Below are positions 1 through 12,400 of a DNA stretch of 64,000 nt, one piece after another. The number at the start of each line of letters is the position of its first letter. Position 1 is the stretch's first letter. Location of the stretch: assembly GCF_964188315.1 (NCBI RefSeq), contig NC_135671.1, forward strand, positions 40,176,001 through 40,240,000, in the 5' to 3' direction. The notes under the pieces were generated by a model. That model was given only the letters and a program-made list of their open reading frames with translations. It was not told the origin of the DNA and did not search any database. Made by a program: the position numbers and the translations under genes. Origin of the DNA: Podarcis muralis (lineage: Eukaryota).

Positions 1-640
1 CATGAGGTGGCCAAAGTATTGGAGCCTCAGCTTCAGGATCTGTCCTTCCAGTGAGCACTCAGGGCTGATTTCCTTCAGAATGGAGAGGTTTGATCTTCTT
101 GCAGTCCATGGGACTCTCAAGAGTCTCATCCAGCACCAGAATTCAAAAGCATCAATTCTTTGGCGATTAGCCTTCTTTATGGTCCAGCTCTCACTTCCAT
201 ACATCACTACTGGGAAAACCATAGCTTTAACTATACAGTGGTGCCTCGCAAGACGAAATTAATCCGTTCCGCGAGTCTCTTTGTCTAGCGGTTTTTTCGT
301 CTTGCGAAGCAACCCTATTAGCGGATTAGCGGATTAGCGCTATTAGCGGTTTAGCGGCTTAGCGGATATTAAAGGCTTAGCGGCTTAGCGGCTTAGAAAA
401 AGGGGGGGGGGAGCGAAAAAAATCGCAAGACTCGCAAGACGTTTTCGTCTTGCGAAGCAAGCCCATAGGGAAAATCGTCTTGCGAAGCAACTCAAAAACG
501 GAAAACCCTTTCGTCTAGCGGGTTTTTCGTCTTGCGAGGCATTTGTCTTGCGGGGCACCACTGTACGGACCTTTGTTGGCAAGGAGATGTTTCTGCTTTT
601 TAAGATGCTGTCTAGGTTTGTCATTGATTTTCTCCCAAAA
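1..640 (-). mobile_element. BovB (RTE clade) LINE fragment, RT C-terminal region, interrupted by a Tc1/mariner MITE
   Basis: Near-identical to 61950-62250 of the long BovB copy. The empty site ctatacggacc (62180-62190) is split here by the MITE at its TA. Confidence 0.9.
236..563. mobile_element. Tc1/mariner (Tigger-like) MITE, family A
   Basis: TIRs CAGTGGTGCCTCGCAAGACG / TGTCTTGCGGGGCACCACTG. TA TSD at 234-235 and 564-565. Internal TTAGCGG repeats. Confidence 0.9.
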
Positions 641-750
641 ACTTGATATAGACACCTTAAAGCAAGGATGGGGAGTCCTTGATCTGCCAAATGTTGTTGG
701 ACTGCCTCCCCCAGGAGATGATGGGAACTGAAGTCCAAGACCTTCTAGAG

Positions 751-1697
751 CAGTGTTTCCCAAACGTTTTTGGGCAACGGCACACCTGTTTACCGGAAAA
801 AAATCTCGCGGCACACCACCATTAAAGCCCCGCCCCGTGACGTCAGCGCGCAGCGTCACGCCGGGAGGGACGCACAAAAGTGAAAGTTTTTTCCCTCCCC
901 CTTGCCGGGGTGGGAGGAGGCAGCAGAGCGAGGGACTGAGGGACGGCGGCAGCTGAGGCGGCCACCCCTCGACGCCGTCCCAAAAGCCGCCAAAAAGCCC
1001 TAAAAAAAGAGGAGCAGCACAAAAAACACACCACACACGGGGGGCGTGTTCTAATTTGCTTCTAACTCCGGGTTAGAGCGCAGCACGTGGAGGATGGGTG
1101 GGGAAAGAGAGAGGAGGCGCACTGATAGAACGCCAGGCACGGGGGCCGCCAGGGAGAGCCAGCGCGCGCCCCACCCCGGACGCTCGCGGCCACCGCCATC
1201 CCTCCCTCCCAGGGAAGGCGGGATTAGAGCAAGCGCCCGGGCAGCAAGAAGCGCGCGCGCGCCGGCCCTGCCCTGGATCCCTCAGAACCGCCAGTCTCTG
1301 GGAAAGTGGGCGTGGCTTCAGAACTCTCAGGCAGCAGCACCCGCCGCCCGGCAAGGCTTCCCATTGGGAGGCGCGAATGCTTTAGTGGGCGGGGATTGGT
1401 GCAAATATAGGCAGGGCGGGCTGAGAGGAGGAGCCGCCGCCGAGGAGCAGCGACACCAGCAGCGTTTCCTCTCCCCCCTCCCCTCCTGTGTCAACAAGCG
1501 GGGCGCCTGCGCCGGGGGTTTGCGCGTCAGGCAGGCAGCCAGGCAGGCAGACGGCGAGAGCCCCGCGCTGGGCAGCCGCTGCTCGCCGCCGCCGCCCCGC
1601 GTCTCGCCGCCCGACTCGCCCGCCTCCCTCCCACGGCACACCAGCCGATGTCTCACGGCACAGTAGTGTGCCGCGGAACACCGGTTGGGAAACACTG
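751..1697. mobile_element. Non-autonomous hAT (Charlie-like) element, CpG-rich
   Basis: TIRs CAGTGTTTCCCAA / TTGGGAAACACTG. Perfect 8-bp TSD TTCTAGAG (743-750, 1698-1705). Inserted into an older short MITE (about 662-750 plus 1706-1722). Confidence 0.9.
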
Positions 1698-1814
1698 TTC
1701 TAGAGGGCAACGGGTTCCCTGCCTTAAGGCATTCCTACTACATATGCCAATATACACCTTGTGTTAATGTTCAGTGTTATAAATTGTTCACATCTGTCTG
1801 TATTGAGAGAAAAA

Positions 1815-2660
1815 GGAGGAGTGCACCTTAGGGGTGAGGTCAAGCCGTTGGAGAGTTACAGTGCTTGCTGTGGCCATAGAGACTGAGACAGGAGAAACAT
1901 GTTTTGTTGCAGGTGGGGCAGACAAAGGCATCCGGTTTCACTGTTACAGATGCGCTATGGCGTTTCTTCTCTCTGTGCTCCTCCCAGCGGTCACTACTGG
2001 TCTTCTTCTGGTCACTATTGAGGATATACAACCTGTCTCCAAGCATTGTGGTCATCTGCAAGGGAATCCCATACAACGGGGTTGATGTTGCCAGTCTTCA
2101 TGTCACATTTGCAGACATCTTTGTTGCACAGAGTTGGTCTGTCAACAGGCTTGGTGCCTGAAGACAGCTCCTCGCAGAGCACATCGTTTGGGATCCTACC
2201 AACTTCCATTCTGTGGGCATGACCAAGCCAGCATAGACGTCACTGGGACAGGAGTACAAACATGCTGGGAATGTAGACTGGGTAGAAGACATCTTTGTTT
2301 TTTGTTTTTTTTTGAATAAATTTTTATTAGTTTTCCATAAGTAAAAAAGAAACAAAGCAAAAACATAAACATAAACAAACACAAAATCGACTTCCCCGTA
2401 CCACCCCTTTTCTGCATTCTTGTTTCAAGATTTTTCAGCAACCCTTTCGCAATAAACTTGTTTATATTTCATAAATTTGACTTCTATAAGTTATTAATAC
2501 AACTGTAGTTCTTTATCTCTTATTACCCTGAGCCCCTAATTTTCCAAATTACAAGGTAGAAGACATCTTTGTTTGGGACTGTCCTGCCAGGTAATGTTAC
2601 AAATAAATGAGTGGAATTCAACCTTGCACTATGTTGATTGTTCTGTCTGCACAAGTGCAT
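1815..2660 (-). mobile_element. RTE-clade (RTE-X-like) LINE 3' fragment with C-terminal zinc finger, split by an L1 tail
   Basis: Degenerate ORF pieces ..ELSSGTKPVDRPTLCNKDVCK..WDSLADDHNAWRQVV.. and CPTCNKTCFSCLSLYGHSKHC (C2H2-like). Confidence 0.7.
2301..2554 (-). mobile_element. L1-type 3' end (5'-truncated)
   Basis: A-rich tail and AATAAA on the minus strand. 20-bp TSD GGTAGAAGACATCTTTGTTT (2281-2300, 2555-2574). Confidence 0.75.
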
Positions 2661-2936
2661 CAGCTTGGCAGGTGGAACAATCTGCCTCCCCTCCTCATGT
2701 GTGCTGTTTTGTGGGTTCTCCTGACCCCCCAAGTCAATTTGGGGGTTGCGGGAGGAGAAGAGCTCCATTGCACAAGTGGAAGTCCTTGCACAGGGCTTCT
2801 GCTGATGGTGTTCATGAGGTGAATCCTGCCCATTAAGTGGTTGTTGTTATTTTAAAAACTTTCTACTGTTTGTGTTACTGTTTTCCCTTCATGACTTTGC
2901 TCTGTTACCTGATTACATTGGTGTTTAAAATAATTC

Positions 2937-2987
<51 letters not shown>
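2937..2987. repeat. (AAT)17 microsatellite, tail of the adjacent L2
   Basis: Direct reading of the sequence. Confidence 0.95.
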
Positions 2988-4612
2988 TTATTATTTATAT
3001 CCCGGCCATCTGGCTGAGTTTCCCCAGCCACTATGGGCAGCTTTCAATCAAGTGTTAAAAACAATACAGCATTAAATATTAAAAACTTCCCTAAACAGGG
3101 CTGTCTTTTAAAGAGAAGATAGCTGCTTATTTCCTTCACATCTGAAGGGAGGGTGTTCCACAGGGAGGGCGCCACTACCAAGAAGGCCCTCTGTCTGGTT
3201 CCCTGTAACCTCACTTCTCACAATGAGGGAACCGCCAGAAGGCCCTTGGTGCTGGATCTTAGTGTCCGGGCAGAACGATGGGGGTGGAGACACTCCTTCA
3301 GGTATACTGGGCCGAGGCCATTTAGGGCTTTAAAGGTCAGCACCAACACTTTGAATTGTGCTCAGAAACGTACTGGGAGCCAATGCAGATCTCTCAAGAC
3401 TGGTGTTATGTGGTCCTGGCGGCCACTCCCAGTCACCAGTCTAGCTGCCGCATTCTGGATTAGTTGCAGTTTCCGGGTCACTTTCAAAGGTAGCCCCACA
3501 TAGAGCACATTGCAATAGTCCAAGCGGGAGATAACTAGAGCTTGCACCACTCTGGCAAGACAGTCCGCAGGCAGGTAGGGTCTCAGCCTGCGTACCAGGT
3601 GGAGATGCTAGACAGCTGCCCTGGACACAGAATTAACCTGCGCCTCCATGGACAGCTGTGAGTCCAAAATGACTCCCAGGCTGCGCACCTGGTCCTTCAG
3701 GGGCACAGTTACCCCATTTAGGACCAGGGAGTCCCCCACACCCACCCACACCCTGTCCCCCCAAAACAGTACTTCTATCTTGTCAGGATTCAACCTCAAT
3801 CTGTTAGCCGCTATCCATCCTCCAACCGCCTCCAGGCACTCACACAGGACCTTCACCGCCTCCACTGTTTCTGATTTAAAAGAGAGGTAGAGCTGGGTGT
3901 CATCTGCATATTGATGAACACCCAGCCCAAACCCCCTGATGATCTCTCCCAGCGGCTTCATATAGATATTAAAAAGCATGGGGGAGAGGACAGAACCCTG
4001 AGGCACCCCACAAGTGAGACCCCCGGGGTCTGAACACTCATCCCCCAACACCACTTCTGGACACGGCCCAGGAGAAAGGAGCAGAACCACTGTATAACAG
4101 TGCCCCCAGCTCCCAGCCCCTCTAGATGGTCCAGAAGGATGTTATGGTTGATGGTGTCAAAGGCCGCTGAGAGATCCAGCAGAACTAGGAAACAGCTCTC
4201 ACCTTTGTCCCTAGCCCGCCGGAGATCATCGACCATTTCGGCCAAGGCAGTTTCAGTCCCAGGGTGAGGCCTGAATCCCGATTGGAAGGGATCCAAATGA
4301 TCTGCATCCTCCAGGCGTGCTTGGAGTTGTTCAGCAACCACTCGCTCAATCACCTTGCCCAAGAATGGAAGATTTGAGACTGGGTGATAGTTGGCCATAA
4401 TGGCCGGGTCTAAAGATGGTTTTTTAAGAAGCGGTTTAATGACCGCCTCTTTCAGCGGGTCTGGGAAGGCTCCCTCACAGAGGGAAGCATTCACCACCCC
4501 ATGAAGCCCATCGCCCAGCCCTTCCCGGCTTGCTTTTATCAGCCAGGATTGACAAGGATCAAGGAGACAGGTGGTTGGTTTTACTCCTCCAAGCAGCCTG
4601 TCCACATCCTCG
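2988..4612 (-). mobile_element. L2-clade LINE, 5'-truncated, RT domain with frameshifts
   Basis: Pieces KPLLKKPSLD..YHPVSNLPFLGKVIE..QSGFR..LDLSAAFDT, GVPQGSVLSPMLFNIYM..QYADDTQLY and SRLDYCN..LQLIQNAAARL..LHWLPV. Confidence 0.92.
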
Positions 4613-4949
4613 GGGGTTTAGGATGATTCTAGTTAAGATGTCATGCATTTTTGTCATCATCTATCTCTGCCCCTCTCTTGATTAAAAAACAAAAATGTTG
4701 GTGCTTCTGACAATTCTCTCGAAGTACTGACTTGACCAATTATCTTGTCTTACATGTAGATACTAGAACATGATGGTGACAGACAGTGATGAACATTGAA
4801 CAGGAAATAAGATGAGATTTAAAAGTAAGAGAAAACTTAGCAGAAGAAATCCAAGGATATCAGTCAGAGGTAGTCTAAATATTTTTGGACTACGGCTCGC
4901 ATGATCGGACATGCATGCAGAACTTTTTCCTGGATCTGACTTCCTCAGC

Positions 4950-5885
4950 TCAAGAACACCAAGTCCAGCAGCCCCATTTGCCTAGCCTCCTCCTGGCAGC
5001 CCGCTTGACCTCAGTATTACGGAGACTGTAGATGCCAGGATTAAGGGTAGGGATTACCACCGTGTAAAAGACAGAAGCCATCTTGTCGGTCTGTGGTGCA
5101 TAAGTGCCACCAGGCCGTAGGTACATGAAAATAAGAGTTCCATACAGCACCCCCACAGCCGTCAGATGGGACCCACAGGTGGATATGGCTCTCCTTGACC
5201 CTGCTCGCCCCACACTGCAGAGGATCATGCCATAGGAAGTGAGGATGGCTGCAAGAGTGCTGCTCTGGATGGTTCCACAGACCACATAAAGCAGCAGCTG
5301 GTTGAGGTCTGTATTTGCACAGGCCAAAGCCAGCACTGGAGGGATGTCACAAAAGAAGTGGTCCAAAGTATTAGCATTGCAGAAGGGCAGGCAGAATGCC
5401 ATGCCAGAGTGGATGGCTCCAGAGGTCACACCAGCTGTGCAGGACACTGCCACTAGGAGGCGACAAAGGCGCTGCGGCATGGCTGCTCCATAGTGCAGAG
5501 GGCGGCAGATGGCTGCATAGCGATCATAAGCCATAGCAGCCAAGAGGCAACACTCAGCATCAGAAGCAGCTGCAAAGAAGAACATCTGGAGGGCACAGGC
5601 GGGGAGGGGGATGGTGTCGTGTCCTTTCAGAAGGCCCAGGAGCAACTTGGGGGCCACGGTGCAGCAGGAGCACAGGTCCATCAGGGCCAGGTGGCTCAGG
5701 AAATAGTACATGGGAGAGTGCAAGGATTGCTCAGCCCTGATGAGAATGGCCAGAAACAGGTTCCCGGCCAGGCCAAGGAGATAGATGGGCAGGAAGAAGC
5801 TGAAGAGAAGGAGCTGAAGGTCGCGCTGGGAAGTGAAGCCCAGGAGGACAAACTCTGTCACCACAGTGCCATTGTGATGAGCCAT
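4950..5885 (-). CDS. OR5C1: Olfactory receptor, family 5, OR5C1-like, 311 aa, intact
   Basis: GN, PMYYFL, MAYDRYAAIC, HFFCDIPP, STCGSHL and YSLRN motifs, plus N-glycosylation site NGT. Likely start is the ATG at 5885, behind the acceptor tttctccctccagCAG. ACALQMF, DAECCLLAAMAYDR, CG.IQ, GSRRA and TDKMASVFYT match recalled human OR5C1. Confidence 0.85.
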   Translation of the reverse strand: MAHHNGTVVTEFVLLGFTSQRDLQLLLFSFFLPIYLLGLAGNLFLAILIRAEQSLHSPMYYFLSHLALMDLCSCCTVAPKLLLGLLKGHDTIPLPACALQMFFFAAASDAECCLLAAMAYDRYAAICRPLHYGAAMPQRLCRLLVAVSCTAGVTSGAIHSGMAFCLPFCNANTLDHFFCDIPPVLALACANTDLNQLLLYVVCGTIQSSTLAAILTSYGMILCSVGRAGSRRAISTCGSHLTAVGVLYGTLIFMYLRPGGTYAPQTDKMASVFYTVVIPTLNPGIYSLRNTEVKRAARRRLGKWGCWTWCS

Positions 5886-6209
5886 CGGATCTGCTGGAGG
5901 GAGAAACGACTTTGAATCCTTTCCTCCACACATTCCATCAAGAGAGCAGACCCAGCCCTCTTTTTATTAATGATAAATAAATCACAATTAATTATTATTT
6001 GATTGCTCAACCCTACATGCCCAGACATTCCTCAAGGAAGATGCCCCATTCTCTTCCACTAAGAGTAAATAGAAGCTCATAGCCCTGGGCATGATTTACC
6101 ACTGAGCTGTTCAGAACCACAGCCTTCATTCAGCCATGAAAGATAGAGATAAAGAGACCGGATGACCATTGTTTCAGCTCCAGTATTCAGAGGAAGGGAG
6201 TGTATTGGG

Positions 6210-7150
6210 CGTTAGGTAGTATCTCTGGTGGAGGACACATGGTGCTTCTTCTGGTAGTTTGTCCGCCTTTGGTCCCTACCCTGCACTCAGCTCTCACCTG
6301 TGGCTCCTAGAAACTTTCAGCATGCAACAGTGGCTGCACCCCTGAAATGGTGTTGACTGGCTGGCTAAAGCAGGTCAGAGGAGCCAATAGGTCTCAAACC
6401 CTCAGTGTGTTAGGGACTTCCCCTGCATATGAAGACAGGCTCCAGCAGATTGAGCAGACGATACTGAAAGTGGGTCCAATGGTTAAGAAGGCGGTTTCAG
6501 CACATGCTGTAGAGGGAAGTGAGGGACAGGTGGTGCTTGTCAACCTAAGAAGGTAGCCCATCTAGGAGAGGGAAAACTCTGATCCTAAACCTTTGCTGCC
6601 TTGCAGGACATCTTCAGAAGAAGGAAAGGCTAAGGAGTAAACCCTACACAAATCCGGAGTGGAGGCCCTGAGACTGTTGGGTGGCGCTTTGTACGCCTCT
6701 TTCCAACAACTCCTGCAGCCAAGCTGGTGCCAAATGTATTGCTCTGCTTTCCTTTGCACCACATCAGCAAGGCTGAGGGGTCTTGTCTGGCCAGCCCAGG
6801 ACCTCCATGCACACTGCCAGGGATTTTTTTCCCAGCTGGAACTCAGTTCCAGCACCTCTCAGGTGGGTGCCATTGGCATTATAAGAGAACAAGGGAGGCA
6901 TTCATGGTGAGTTCCAGCACCTCTTTCCCCAGAAAAACAGAACTGCACACTGCCCTTGTGTCCTAGGAGGTCACTTCAGAGTTGCTACCACAGTGGTTTG
7001 ACGTCAAACCCAGAGGAGCACTCTGTTGTTTCTCAGGACAGACAGATACCAGCAGTTCAGAGGAAAGCAGGAACTCCTCATGCCCACCAGATGGTGATGG
7101 AACACTTATCGTGGAGAGCATGGAGAGTGGAATTGTCATGGACATGGACA
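6210..7150 (+). mobile_element. Probable RTE-clade LINE 5' UTR fragment, degraded
   Basis: Resembles the RTE-type 5' region (ggctaaggagtaaaccctacacaaatccggagtgga). No ORF support. Recognition from memory only. Confidence 0.4.
6818..6945. mobile_element. hAT MITE, 128 bp
   Basis: 8-bp TSD CACACTGC (6810-6817, 6946-6953). Imperfect CAG..CTG termini. Repeated gttccagcacctc motif. Confidence 0.8.
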
Positions 7151-7231
7151 CACAAACATACAGGATTGAATCCAGTGCTAGTCCTTCTCAGAGTAGACCC
7201 ATTGAAATTACTAAACTTAAGGTAGTCATGC

Positions 7232-7273
<42 letters not shown>
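7232..7273. repeat. (ATT)n microsatellite followed by an L2-like tail
   Basis: Direct reading of the sequence. Confidence 0.9.
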
Positions 7274-7275
<2 letters not shown>

Positions 7276-8804
7276 ATTTATATTCTCCCCAATATCCTGA
7301 GTGCTCAAGGTGGTTCACAGAACAAAATCAAAATATAAAACCATAAAACATATAATCAAAACAAAAACAACTACCCAATAATGCCCCCTCATTATCTGAA
7401 TGGGTGTTAAATACAACCCACAATCACCATAGCTTTACTCAGCTCTACATGGTATCCATTGTCTACATAACTTTTTTTAAAAAAGAAGCTCCCCAAGGAA
7501 TTTACAGTCCAAAGGCAGGGAAGAAAAGGGAAGGGAGGAATGGGAGATAAAAGAATAACAAGGGATGAATATGCCAGATGTTGTTATAGGTATTTAAGGT
7601 TCATGCCAGTTGGGAATGTCAGGCAATAGGTTGACACTCTATGGGAAAGGCATGCTTTGAGGAGGTATTTAAAAGAGGAAGCAGAGATGGCAGCTCAGAG
7701 GTATCTGGAGCTACCAAGGGAGAAGGCGTGGAGAGACAGCAGGAGGCAGTAGAGTTGGAAGAATGAAGATATGGGGGGAGTAACTGAAGGTCAAAAGAGA
7801 AGGATGAGAGTAAATTCTTTGAAGAAAAGGACAAAGAATTTGTACTGGATGCAGGAAAGCTTGGGAGGTGAGAGGAGCAACTTGAGCAGAGGTCCCTGAG
7901 GGTGGAGAACTGCCCAACAGATTTTGATGAACTCCAACCCCTATTATCCCTTGCCATTAACCCTTCTGCTGGGAGTTGGAGCTCAGCAACATCTGGAGAG
8001 TACCAGGTTGGTGAAGGCTGCCATAGATAATAAAAGTTTCCCTATACAAGTGCCTGATACAAGTCCAAAAACATCTGGAGGGTCACACCCTCGGAGGAAA
8101 GCCAACCTTAGACGCAGAAGTGCTTTTAATAAGCTCTGGAATCTTATAAGGTAGAACTGGATGTGATTAAGTTTAGAGTCAGGAACTGGTCACTGCCAAT
8201 GTTGATCTGCTATCTCTGTTCCTACAACAAACCGCATCCTACATGCCAGTTCATTCCTTTCAGCTGCCCCCACAGAGCTGTCTTCCCCAACCGGTGGATG
8301 TTGCTGGACTACAGCCCCCATAATCCCTCACCACTGGCCATTCTGACTGGGTCTTCTGGGAGCCTGAGCCACAAAACAGCTGGAGAGACCCTGACCACAG
8401 ATCAGAACAGGCCTAGATTCCGTTATTTAGTTCCCAGTTCCCATCATACCTGTGCAGAAAGAGAACGTGTGTCTTTGTTAGTTCTTGTGTGATGCAGCTC
8501 AGGCTGCTTTTTTTAAAGCTTTCTTATGCTGCTCTGGAAGTCATGATTTGCCTCAATCTTTTTCCTGTGGGAGAGAGAAGATGATCTAATGCTCCTTTCC
8601 CTTGGTGCAACTCCCTGAAAAAGACCCCTTTGGGGACAATTGTAGTTTCTTTAGCTAGTACTGGTGTCTCTGCACTCAGAGGGACTTGTTATCCAGCCCA
8701 GAAGCCTTTCCCATTCCAGCTGATGATTATTCTCCCACTAATTAAAAGAAATGTACAGGATTGATTAATAAAAATAAAATAAAATTAGTTTGCAAGTTCT
8801 TGCA

Positions 8805-9460
8805 GGTTAACTCTGTGTCCAGGGTGGCTGTCTACCAGCTCCATCTGGTACGCAGGCCGACACCCTACCTGCCTGTGCACTGTCTCACCAGAGTGGTTCT
8901 TGCTCTAGTTATCTCCCGCTTGCACCACTGCAATGAGCTCTATGTGGGGCTACCTTTGAAGGTGACTCAGAAACTACAACTAATCCAGAATGTGATAGCT
9001 GGGAGTGGCCACCGAGACCATATAACTCTGTTCCCGTAGGTGACAGCTCCCTGGGGACCACAAAATGCCCCATAAAGGGGCTGGGCACCCACAAATTTTG
9101 GTCCCAGGGCCATGCACACTGCCTGGCACCCATGGCCCCAGGCATCCACGGTTACAGAGCCAAGCTGGCACTCCTGACTAGTCCTAAAGGATCCACACTG
9201 GCTCCTGGTACACTTCTAAGCACAATTCAAAGTGTTGGTACTGGCCTTTAAAGCCATAAATGACCTTGGCCAGTACAACTGAAGGAGCGTCTTTGCCCCC
9301 TCATCCAGCTCTGGTCCAGAGGTCCAGCTCTGAGGGCCTTCTGGCAGTTCCCTTGCTGCAGGAAGTGAGGGACAGGGAACCAAGCAGAGGGCCTTCTTGG
9401 TAGTGGCACCTGCCCTGTGGAATGCTCTCCTACCAGATGTCAAGGAGACAAATAATTATA
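8805..9460 (+). mobile_element. L2 LINE 3' fragment, degraded, with an internal short insertion at about 9030-9165
   Basis: Homologous to the complement of 3130-3640 (LVISRLHHCNELYVGLPLKVTQKLQLIQN). Confidence 0.8.
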
Positions 9461-9464
9461 CAGC

Positions 9465-12400
9465 TGTAATTCTATTACAAAAATGGGAGGAGTTGTGGAA
9501 AAGAAACCCAAAATTCATGGTGTATTATTTAATTAAAGAAAATTTCATGAAAATGCAGTTTTGATGGTATTTAACCCCTTCAAAATTGGCTTAAATAAAA
9601 GTTACAACCGCCTTCATTGATTACTGCCTTGCCATGGTGAAGGGGCTTGAATAACTCAGAGAAGCTATGAGCTATGCCGTGCAGGGCCACCCAAGATGGA
9701 CAGGTCATAGTGGAGAGTTTTGACCAAACGTGATCCACCTGGAGGAGGAACCGGCAAGTCACTCCAGTATCCCTGCCAAGAAAACTCCATGGACAAAGGT
9801 AACAGGCATATAAAGCTTATGACGCTGGAAGATGAGCCCCTCAGGTCCCAAGAAGTCTAACATGCTACTGAGGAAGAGCGGAGGACAAGTACAAGTAGAT
9901 TCAGAGCTGATGAAGCGGCTGGGCCAAAGCCAAAAGGTCGCTCAGTTGCGGATACGCCTGGAAGCAAAAGGAAAGTCCAATGCTGTAAAGAAAAATATTG
10001 CATAGGAACGTGGAATGTAAGAACTATGAACCTTGGTAAGTTGGATGTGGTCAAAAATGAGTTGGCAAGAATAAATATTGACATCCTGGGCATCAGTGAA
10101 CTAAAATGGATGGGAATGGGCAAATTCAGTTCGGATGACCATCATATCTACTACTGTGGGCAAGAATCCCGTAAAAGAAATGGAGTGGCCCTCATAGTCA
10201 ACAAAAGAGTGGCGGGAGCTGTACTGGGATGCAATCTCAAAAATGATAGAATGATCTCGATACGAGTCCAAGGCAGACCTTTTAACATCACAGTAATCCA
10301 AGTTTATGCACCAACTACTGGTGCTGAAGAAACTGAAATTGACCAATTCTATGAAGACTTACAACACCTTATAGAATTGACACCAAAGAAGGATGTTCTT
10401 CTCATTATAGGGGATTGGAATACTAAAGTAGGGAGTCAAGAGATAAAAGGAACAACTGGCAAGTTTGGCCTTGGAGTTCAAAATGAAGCAGGGCAAAGGC
10501 TAATAGAGTTCTGCCAAGAGAACAAGCTGGTCATCACAAACACTCTTTTCCAACAACACAAGAGACGACTCTACACATGGACATCACCAGATGGGCAGCA
10601 TCAAAATCAGATTGATTATATTCTCTGCAGCCAAAGATGGAGACGCTCTATACAGTCAGCAAAAACAAGACCTGGAGCTGACTGTGGCTCAGATCATCAG
10701 CTTCTTATAGCAAAATTCCAGCTTAAACTGAAGAAAGTAGGAAAAACCACTGGACTGGTAAGATACAATCTAAATCAAATCCCTTATGAATACACAGTGG
10801 AAGTGAGGAATAGGTTTAAGGATTTAGATTTGGTGGACAGAGTGCCTGAAGAACTATGGATGGAGGCTCGTAACATTATACAGGAGGCAGCAATGAAAAC
10901 CATCCCAATGAAAAGGAAATACAAGAAAGCAAAGTGGCTGTCCAACGAGGCCTTACAAATAGCGGGGGAGAGAAGGCAAGCAAAATGCGAGGGAGATAGT
11001 GAAAGATACAGGAAATTTAATGCAGATTTCCAAAAAATAGCAAGGTGAGACAAGAAGGCCTTCTTAAACGAGCAATGCAAAGAAATAGAGGAAAACAACA
11101 GAATGGGGAGAACCAGAGATCTGTTCAAGAAAATTGGAGATATGAAAGGAACATTTCATACAAAGATTACCATAATAAAGGACAAAAGTGGTAAGGACCT
11201 AACAGAAGCAGAAGACATCAAGAAGAGGTGGCGAGAATACACAGAGGAATTATACCAGAAAGAGATGGATGTCTCGTACACCCCAGGTAGTGTGGTTGCT
11301 GACCTTGAGCCAGACATCCTGGAAAGTGAAGTCAAATGGGCCTTAGAAAGCACTGCAAATAACAAGGCCAGTGGAAGTGATGGTATTCCAGCTGAACTAC
11401 TTAAAATTTTAAAAGATGATGCTGTTAAGGTGCTACACTCAATATGCCAGCAAGTTTGGAAAACTCAGCAGTGGCCAGAGGATTGGAGAAGATCAGTCTA
11501 CATCCCAGTCCCAAAGAAGGGCAGTGCCAAAGAATGCTCCAACTACCACAAAATTGCACTCATTTCACACGCTAGCAAGGTTATGCTTAAAATTCTACAA
11601 GGTAGGCTCAAGCTGGATTTAGAAGAGGCAGAGGAACCAGAGACCAAATTGCAAACATGCGCTGGATTATGGCGAAAGCTAGAGAGTTCCAGAAAGACAT
11701 CTACTTCTGCTTCATTGACTATGCAAAAGCCTTTGACTGTGTCGACCACAGCAAACTATGGCAAGTTCTTAAAGAAATGGGAGTGCCTGATCACTTCATC
11801 TGACTCCTGAGAAATCTCTATGTGGGACAAGAAGTTACAGTTAGAACTGGATATGGAACAACTGGTTGGTTCAAAATTGGGAAAGGAGTACAACAAGGCT
11901 GTATATTGTCTCCCTGCTTATTTAACTTATATGCAGAATTCATCATGCAAAAGGCTGGGCTGGATGAATCCCAAGCCAGAATTAAGATTGCCAGAAGAAA
12001 TATCAACAACCTCAGATATGCAGATAACACAACCTTGATGGCAGAAAGTGAGGAGGAATTAAAGAACCTTTTAATGAGGGTGAAAGAGGAGAGTACAAAA
12101 TATGGTCTGAAGCTCAACATCAAAAAAACAAAGATCATGGCCACTGGGCCCATCACCTCCTGGCAAATAGAAGGGGAAGAAATGGAGGCAGTGAGAGATT
12201 TTACTTTCTGGGGCTCCATGATCATTGCAGATGGTGACAGCAGTCACGAAATTAAAACACGCCTGCTTCTTGGGAGAAAAGCAATGACAAACGTAGACAG
12301 CATCTTAAAAAGCAGAGACATCACCTTGCCAACAAAGGTCCGTATAGTTAAAGCTATGGTTTTCCCAGTAGTGATGTATGGAAGTGAGAGCTGGACCATA

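Noticed and set aside
315-396. TTAGCGG array as telomeric or CRISPR-like repeat
   Set aside because: Not TTAGGG, has no spacers, and is internal to a MITE present twice. No CRISPR or prokaryotic features exist in this window.
5886-5933. Extended N-terminus in the ORF track for the OR5C1-like gene (similarly 56329-56349 and 41437-41562)
   Set aside because: These extensions run through polypyrimidine tracts and AG acceptors, so they are most likely intron. The downstream ATG gives normal OR length.
12065-12077. 12 of 13 match to the mouse H/P-element core AACTTTTTAATGA (also 62447-62459)
   Set aside because: Lies inside BovB coding sequence (KNLLMR) and would occur in every copy. No adjacent O/E site was noticed.
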